From assembly GCF_009914755.1 (NCBI RefSeq), contig NC_060935.1: DNA of 64,000 nt; one strand, given 5' to 3'. The position numbers and the translations under genes were made by a program. The notes under the pieces are model-generated. The model was not told where the DNA came from and made no database searches. It saw nothing but the letters and a program-made list of their open reading frames with translations. Below are positions 57,344 to 64,000 of this stretch, in pieces (within the stretch, counting starts at the first letter, position 1; each line of letters begins with the position of its first letter). Source of the DNA: the human T2T-CHM13v2.0 reference genome, Homo sapiens.

Positions 57344-59779
57344 CATGATTGATATTCTAAATGTGCTAAGCATCTAGCATATGATTAATGTTTTAAATAA
57401 ATGTGTACATTACTTTAGATTTCTTTCTCTTTCAACAAACACTTTATGGTTATCCACCATGTGCCAAAAGCAACTTGAGATATGAAGAGAAGACCCTAAA
57501 GGGCTCGCAGTCAAGCAAGGGATACAGGGAAGTAACTCATAATAAATATAAGGAAACAAGGGATGGACCACATTCTGTGAAAGCTCAGAGGAAGGAAAAG
57601 AAAACTCTTTAGTGAGGGGAGTTAAAGAAGACTCTATAGAGGAGTGGACATTTGAGCTAGGTCTTGAAGGATGAATAGGAGCTTGCACGACAAAGATGTT
57701 AGAGGACAGGATTTGGCCAAAGGGAATCGCATTAGCAAAAGGCATTACTGGGAATCAGGGACTTGTCAGTGTAGCTGGTGCAGGTGCATGGACTATGACA
57801 TGTGAGATAGGAGAGGTCAGGGCTGGGGGAATTGTGAAAGTACAATAAGAGATTGAGCCAGCTTCTGAAGGACCTCGAAGCTACTCTAATGAGTTTGGTC
57901 TTTATGGTTTTGGAGATGGGAAGCCCTGAAGGTTAGGCTTGAGAATAACTTAACTACCCAAAGGGAAATACAGAAATGTTGACAGCAGATCATCCATGCA
58001 TCCCTCTATTCACACTGGTTGAGATGACAGAAGAGGCCCAGTTATTAGAACATCTGTCATCCCCTATAGGAATTCTGAGGAGCTCCCTGGTAAATAGGAG
58101 CTGTGTCTCCATTTGGAAACCTAGAGTTGGCCAAGAGGGAGTGACAAGAAGTCAGCACGTGCTTGTGGCTGAAACCAAGACTGGCTGACCTGTCCTCATG
58201 ATCCCAGAGCTCCAGTCCCTCTGAGGACACAGATACCCATCCTTCTGTCAAGGACTCCCCCTAGAAGAGACACCCAGGGAGTTTTCTGAAAAGCAACAAC
58301 TCATTCTCTGGATAGTATGCCTTGATGGGCTGGTGATAAGCTTGTCCTCCTGTGGCTTTATCCCTCCGTTCCTATAATGGCACAATGGCCAAAGGCCTGC
58401 TCTCTCTCACAGGAAGATTATGCAAGTAAAAAGAAATGACGAATGTGTATGCACTTTGATAAGTGTCATATGGTCTACAAGTACCCTTGAGTCATGATTA
58501 TTATTAAAATGAATGATGGCTCTATTCAAGGTGAGCCAGTTTTTCCCATCTTTTGTTCAGTGGGCTCCCCTGGTGGGAGGCCAGCAAGCAGCAGAGGCTG
58601 GGGTTTCCAGGGGACCAGAAGAGAAGTGGAACAATGATCTGGGGCCCCGAGGACATGCAGTGGAACAGTATTCACAAGGGCTGGGGAGGTTAAGAAGGGG
58701 AAGCAGTGTGTCAAATGGCAGGTAGCCAGATAGAGGGGGCAGCAGGCAGGGCCAGGGGCAGGTGCCAAGCTAAATGGGAGAGCCAGGGAAGAAGAAGGAA
58801 TAGGGAGTTTTCTACTGTGTGGGTTTTCTGGTGAGTAGGAAGAGCTGAAGTCTTTCCAGAGGAATCTCTTCACATCATTAAAAAGGAGTAGCATTAGCAA
58901 AAGGCATTACTGGGAATCAGGGATTTGTCAGTGTTTCTGGCAGGTGTGATCTCTTGGATGTCAATTAAGCAATCAGCATCCTCTGATGCATATTCTGAGC
59001 TCAGAGGTGCAAATTAGAGACCCATGTGCCTGTTTGCTAGTAGTGTTTACAAGTTTTTAAATTAGTTATCAACATTCCATAATTGTAAGAATTCACATAA
59101 AGGTCTGGATAGCCTGCTTTTCCTTAAACTGAAAGATCAAACAATCTTAGGCCCATATTTCTGCAGAGTAACCAGGTTTGAGCTATCCTAAATTGGCTTT
59201 CTTCAGTGACTTGTGCTCCCTGGCCCCAAATGCATCTGAGTTACTGCCCTGTGTCATGTAGTTTTCATCCTGGCCTGGTTTTCCAGAGCACAGGAGGTTT
59301 GTGCTTAAAATCTCTCCCACCCACATCATCTGGGCAGCCTCATGCCTATCACCATGGGAACGCCAATGGAAACTCTGACTGTGCTTATAGCATGCGCGGG
59401 CTTCTTTCCCTGGATTTTATTCTGACTGTGAAAATTTGAGCTCTGAAAGTTGCCTTTTTCATGTCTGTCATATTTAGAGAATTTCTTTCTTGTATGAGTC
59501 CTCTGATGAACAAGAAGAAATGCATTTTGTCTAAAATATCATTTTTTACATGCATTCTATCATATGGTTTCCACCACCCCTTGTGGTGGGGCTTTACAAA
59601 TTCCTGGCATGCATTGATGAGGATAAGCTGTGTCTATTTAAAGGGGCAGGATGGGCCAAACATGAGCTAATTCCATGTTGTATTCTGAAAAAATAATTGT
59701 GGTGGTATTAGGAGAGTTATAGCATATATCCATTTCTAACAGTTTCATATATTCAGGCTGCTAAATAAGTAAAATACAT

Positions 59780-60088
59780 ATTTTATTTTATTTTTATGTA
59801 TTGTTTTGAGATGGAGGCTCACTCTGTCTCCCAGGCTGGAGTGCAGTGATATGATCTTGGCTCACTGCAACCTCCGCCTCCCGGTCAAGCAATTCTCATG
59901 CCTCAGCCTCCCGAGTAGCTGGGACTACAGGCATGCACCACCATGCCCAGCTAATTTTTGTATTTTTAGTAGAGATGGGGTTTCACCACATTGGTCAGGC
60001 TGGTCTCCAACTCCTGGCCTAAAGTAATCTGCCTGCCTTGGCCTCCCAAAGTGCTGGGATTACAGGCGTGAGCCACCATGCCTGGCCT
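59780..60088 (-). mobile_element. AluS
   Basis: Reverse Alu dimer. Confidence 0.9.
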
Positions 60089-63000
60089 TTGTTTATTTTT
60101 AATCTTATTGACACTATCTACTTCTCAAAGCAACTTGAAGTAACCAACAATAAAATATAAGATATAAAAACATGAGACTATATAAATGGGGGAATGATGG
60201 ATGATTTGACAAACATAAATATCCCTAGCAGACAAGGAGAACCTCATGCTCCTAACAGTCTATGGTTGGGAGTTGTGGTTAAACTATTTGCCCTGAAACC
60301 TAATGAAGCCGTGATCCACGTGGCGCAGACTCTGAGAAGGCTCGCCTTACGGAACTGTTCAACAGAAAGAAAACCAGCATAGAAGGAACTTCATTCTTTA
60401 CTCTCACCTCTCAAAGAACATGAAAGGGGAACAAATCTTCACTCCCATCCTGACCTCTCCTCTGCCCTTTTCTCTTTCCTTAACGATTCTCACGCCCCCT
60501 CTCTGATGACTCTTCCCCTGCTTGCCTCCCTGCCCAGATCCTCTGTCTACCTTCTTTCTCTTTTTCTCCTGCTCCAGCCTTTACTCCCCCAGCTCCATCC
60601 AGTTATTTTTTGTGCAGATTGTCTTCATTTGTTTGTATGATTGACTCACAAACATTTACTGAAGAGTCTTACAGAGCAAAGACCTTCTTGGAGAAGAGAG
60701 GGGCACTGGGCTGGCAATGATCAGATTCTGTTTGGCGTCCAAGAAAGGGATGTGGTCTGTGAACACTCCCACATTATTGGACCTTATTCTGTCCAATCAT
60801 CCGGCAAACATTTATTGAATGCCTATTGTGGCCAGGGTCTATGCTAAGGTCTGGGAAGACAAAGGTGAACTGAGCGGGCCTCTGCAATGCTTCCCATTCA
60901 TTAGCATGAAGGAATGGGGAGAGAAGGGGAAGTAACCTCCACTGCTATTACTAATAGTGCCCTCGGTGTTGATACCTACCAGGTAAATGGGTACAAGGCA
61001 CGGGAGTGAGCTGCCTTCTGATAGGAGCTTTCTCTGCTTGCTGGCTAATGGTTACCTGAAGCAAAGCTCTCCTGACTGTAGGCATCTCACTGGGGAGGAG
61101 GACCATGGCAGAGGTGCCCATACAAAAAGGCAGAAACAAGCCATGGGTGGCAAGTGCCAAGCAGGTAACCGCAGACACTCACAATTCCAAGTGGCTTACA
61201 AAGCAGGAAGCATAAAGCGATTAGGAGGAAATCCTCTAATCCCTTGATGGAACATCCTGGAAGGTTCTTCACACTTGCCTTCTAATGTGTGCAAAATACA
61301 CAACTCATAAAATCATAGTGTTCTTTCCCTCATCAGCTGACAGAATCGTTGAGCAAGCTCTGGGCAACTTCTCCTTTTCTGCAAAACTGTTTTGGTGGGA
61401 ACATTCAGGTCTTGTGGGGGCTGTTTTTCACTCTATCAGGGACTGGGGAGACAGTAATCCAGGAGAGAGTGTGTGGGAAGATTCTAGGGGCCCTCTGGGG
61501 TGAATTCTGCCAGATTTTCATGCAGTGCACACACGCATCCCTGCTCCCATTCTGAGCTGTCAAACACAAGGCAGGCCTTCAAGAAAGCTTGGGAGAGCAG
61601 TAAGACCAAATAGCGTTGGCCAGACAACCTACTGGCTTAGGGGCTTCAGGGCCTCAGGCTCAGAAGCCACACTACCTTATGGTATACTTTTTAGCTGGAT
61701 AACCTTGGGCAAGTTACCTTGCCTCTCTGTGCCTCAGTTACCTAATCTATAATGGAACTATCTCACAGGGTAGTTATAAGAATTAAACAAGTTGATATAG
61801 AAATAGGATTTCTGGATAAAGCACAGGATGCCCCAGTTATATTTGAATTTCAAATGTACAACAGATAATTTTTAGTATGTGTGTCTCAAATATTCCATGG
61901 ACATAACTGTATTCTCTCTCTCTCTCTCGACTGAATCTTGCTATGTGCCCAGGCTGGTCTCAAATTTCTGGGCTCAGGTGATCCTCTCACCTGAGTAGCT
62001 GGGACTGCAGGTGTGAGCCACCATGTACAGCATATAATCATATTTTCATTTTCCAAATCTGGCAGCCCTAGATGGCAAGCCTGTGGAAGTGCACCTAGCA
62101 CTGAGCAAATGCTCACTAAGCATTAGATGTTATGTTCCCTTATTATTCCCTTCGGGATTGAATTAATGACTTTGGCATTTGGTTTTGAAAAGATGGTTGC
62201 TCTTAGTTCTGGGTCTCCTCAACCATCTGGAGTTAAATTGGGAGAGCCCAGCCACTGTGGTCACGGCGCAATGGAGCATCTCTCCTGGGGCATCTGACCA
62301 CATAAGCCCAAGTGATCAAGGACCCACCACCAAGGCCACCTTCACCCGGCTCCACTCCCTCTCACCCTCTGCCTCTCAAACCAATCAATGCCCTTTGTGG
62401 GTTACAGACATGGAAGCACAGAAACAAACATGGCTAGAGGGAATTGGCAGTTACTCAGGCCCACTGTGTGGTGGGCCCTGTCCCAGACCCCCCTCGTGTT
62501 TTCTCACCGAATCCTCCCAGAAACTCAGTGGGTAAACCTGAGGACACCACCTACAAATTGGGGGTGATAATGCCTCCCAAACTCATAGAATTGTGAAGAG
62601 GAAACGAGAAGATGAAAGTGAAGGCCATGAGCATGGGGTAGAAGATTGATATCTTTCTTTTTTCTCTTCTGCTTTTCTATTTTGATCTCCACTTTATCAA
62701 TGCAAAAACTGACTTGTCCAGGGCTGTGCCGCTTGTAAATAGGGGAAGTGACTGAACACAGGCTGTGTCCTTCCCACGACACCACGCTACTCTTAAAGCT
62801 GCATCCCCAGTTTTTGGTCTCACCTCCCCTGGTTCCTGGTGCCCTGCTGGCCTCTGACACTCTTATTCTTCCAAGCTGCACTCTCCTTCACAGAAGGTAC
62901 CTCTTCCTCCAGGAAGCCCTCAAACCAGCACAAGGCTGAACACACAGCTGGAGAAAAGGACAGCATGGGCAGAGGATGCCCTTGGCTCACTGCCCTTCTC

Positions 63001-63750
63001 ACTCCTCCATGGGCCCAGCCTCCCTGGGGGTCCATTTCCCTTCCCTGGAATCAGCCAAGCACTGAGGGCTGGGTCATCTCCCAGCAAGCTCACCCTCTAA
63101 TAAGCCAGCAGGCCACATTTTGTTCTCCTTAAATAAATCTTATAGAAACATTTAAATGTTTATTTCACTCATAGATTCTCAGGAATGCACAATAGTTTTC
63201 CTAACCGCCTGGGCACAGGGATAAATATAGGCCAGTGTCATAGATGGGAATATTAGCTTCCTTTCCCCAGAGTCACATGGCTAGGCCCAGGCTAGGAAAC
63301 TGTAAGGAACACCCCCAGCCCCAGCTCCAGCCCACTCCAGCTCAGGCAGGCATGGGGGGTTTAGATCCTGTAGATGGGCGCTGGCAGACAGCCCAGGAGA
63401 GGAGGACCCTGCTGGAAGGCAATGTGGGCTAGTGAAGAAGTCGGGTAGGCCTAGACCACAATCCCACCTGGGTGACCTTGGGCAAGTTACTAGTTACTAA
63501 ACTTCTCTTTCATGGTCTAAAACATTACATAGAGCTAATAATCACTATTCTCTAGGCTTGTTTTAAGTATTAAATGAGAGAAAGCAATAATAATGACGGT
63601 GAAAGTGGTGGTGGTGGGTGCGTGCTGTGAGACTGTATCCCCAGATCCCTGTCTTGTAGCCTGGAGGGCAAACAGGGACTGCCTTGGTAGAGAGGAGATC
63701 CAGCAGCAAAAGCAGCCAGTGCTCTTACAACAGGATAAAAGGACTCTCTG

Positions 63751-64000
63751 GGCCGGGCACGGTGGCTCACGCCTGTAATCCCAGCACTTTGGGAGGCCGA
63801 GGCATGGCCTCGGTGGATCACAAGGTCAGGAGATCGAGACCATCTTGGCTAACACAGTGAAACCCCGTCTCTACTAAAAATACAAAAGCAAAATTAGCGG
63901 GGCATGGTGGCGGGCACCTGTAGTCCCAGCTACTCGGGAAGCTGAGGCGGGAGAATGGCGTGAACCCAGGAGGCGGAGCTTACAGTGAGCCTGATCGTGC
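63751..64000 (+). mobile_element. AluY, cut by the window end
   Basis: ggccgggcacggtggctcacgcc...gagatcgagaccatc...gagaatggcgtgaacc. Confidence 0.9.

Overview
Human genomic DNA that I recognise as the body of IRAG1 (MRVI1; IP3R-associated cGMP kinase substrate, chr11p15.4) on the minus strand. I mapped 18 consecutive coding exons by hand between 984 and 54929. All are GT-AG with matching phases and together give 2273 nt of open CDS, from [10 protein letters not shown] to EEEKGPRS. The N-terminal exons and the last (membrane-anchor) exon lie outside the window. The introns hold Alu, L1, L2, MIR, LTR and hAT repeats. No prokaryote-type system (CRISPR array, operon) is present. The most notable unexplained structures are: (1) a TSD-bounded L1 insertion carrying a polyadenylated 3' transduction, later hit by an AluYb8 and an AluY; (2) two ~94%-identical local inverted duplications (140 bp and ~220 bp arms), each associated with an interrupted MIR-like element; (3) a short dispersed direct duplication and two minisatellites; (4) plus-strand splice and polyA signals that fit the antisense lncRNA IRAG1-AS1; (5) a candidate cryptic 436-bp exon; (6) NAGNAG acceptors. 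Exon numbers, repeat subfamily names and repeat edges come from recall or eye alignment and are approximate.
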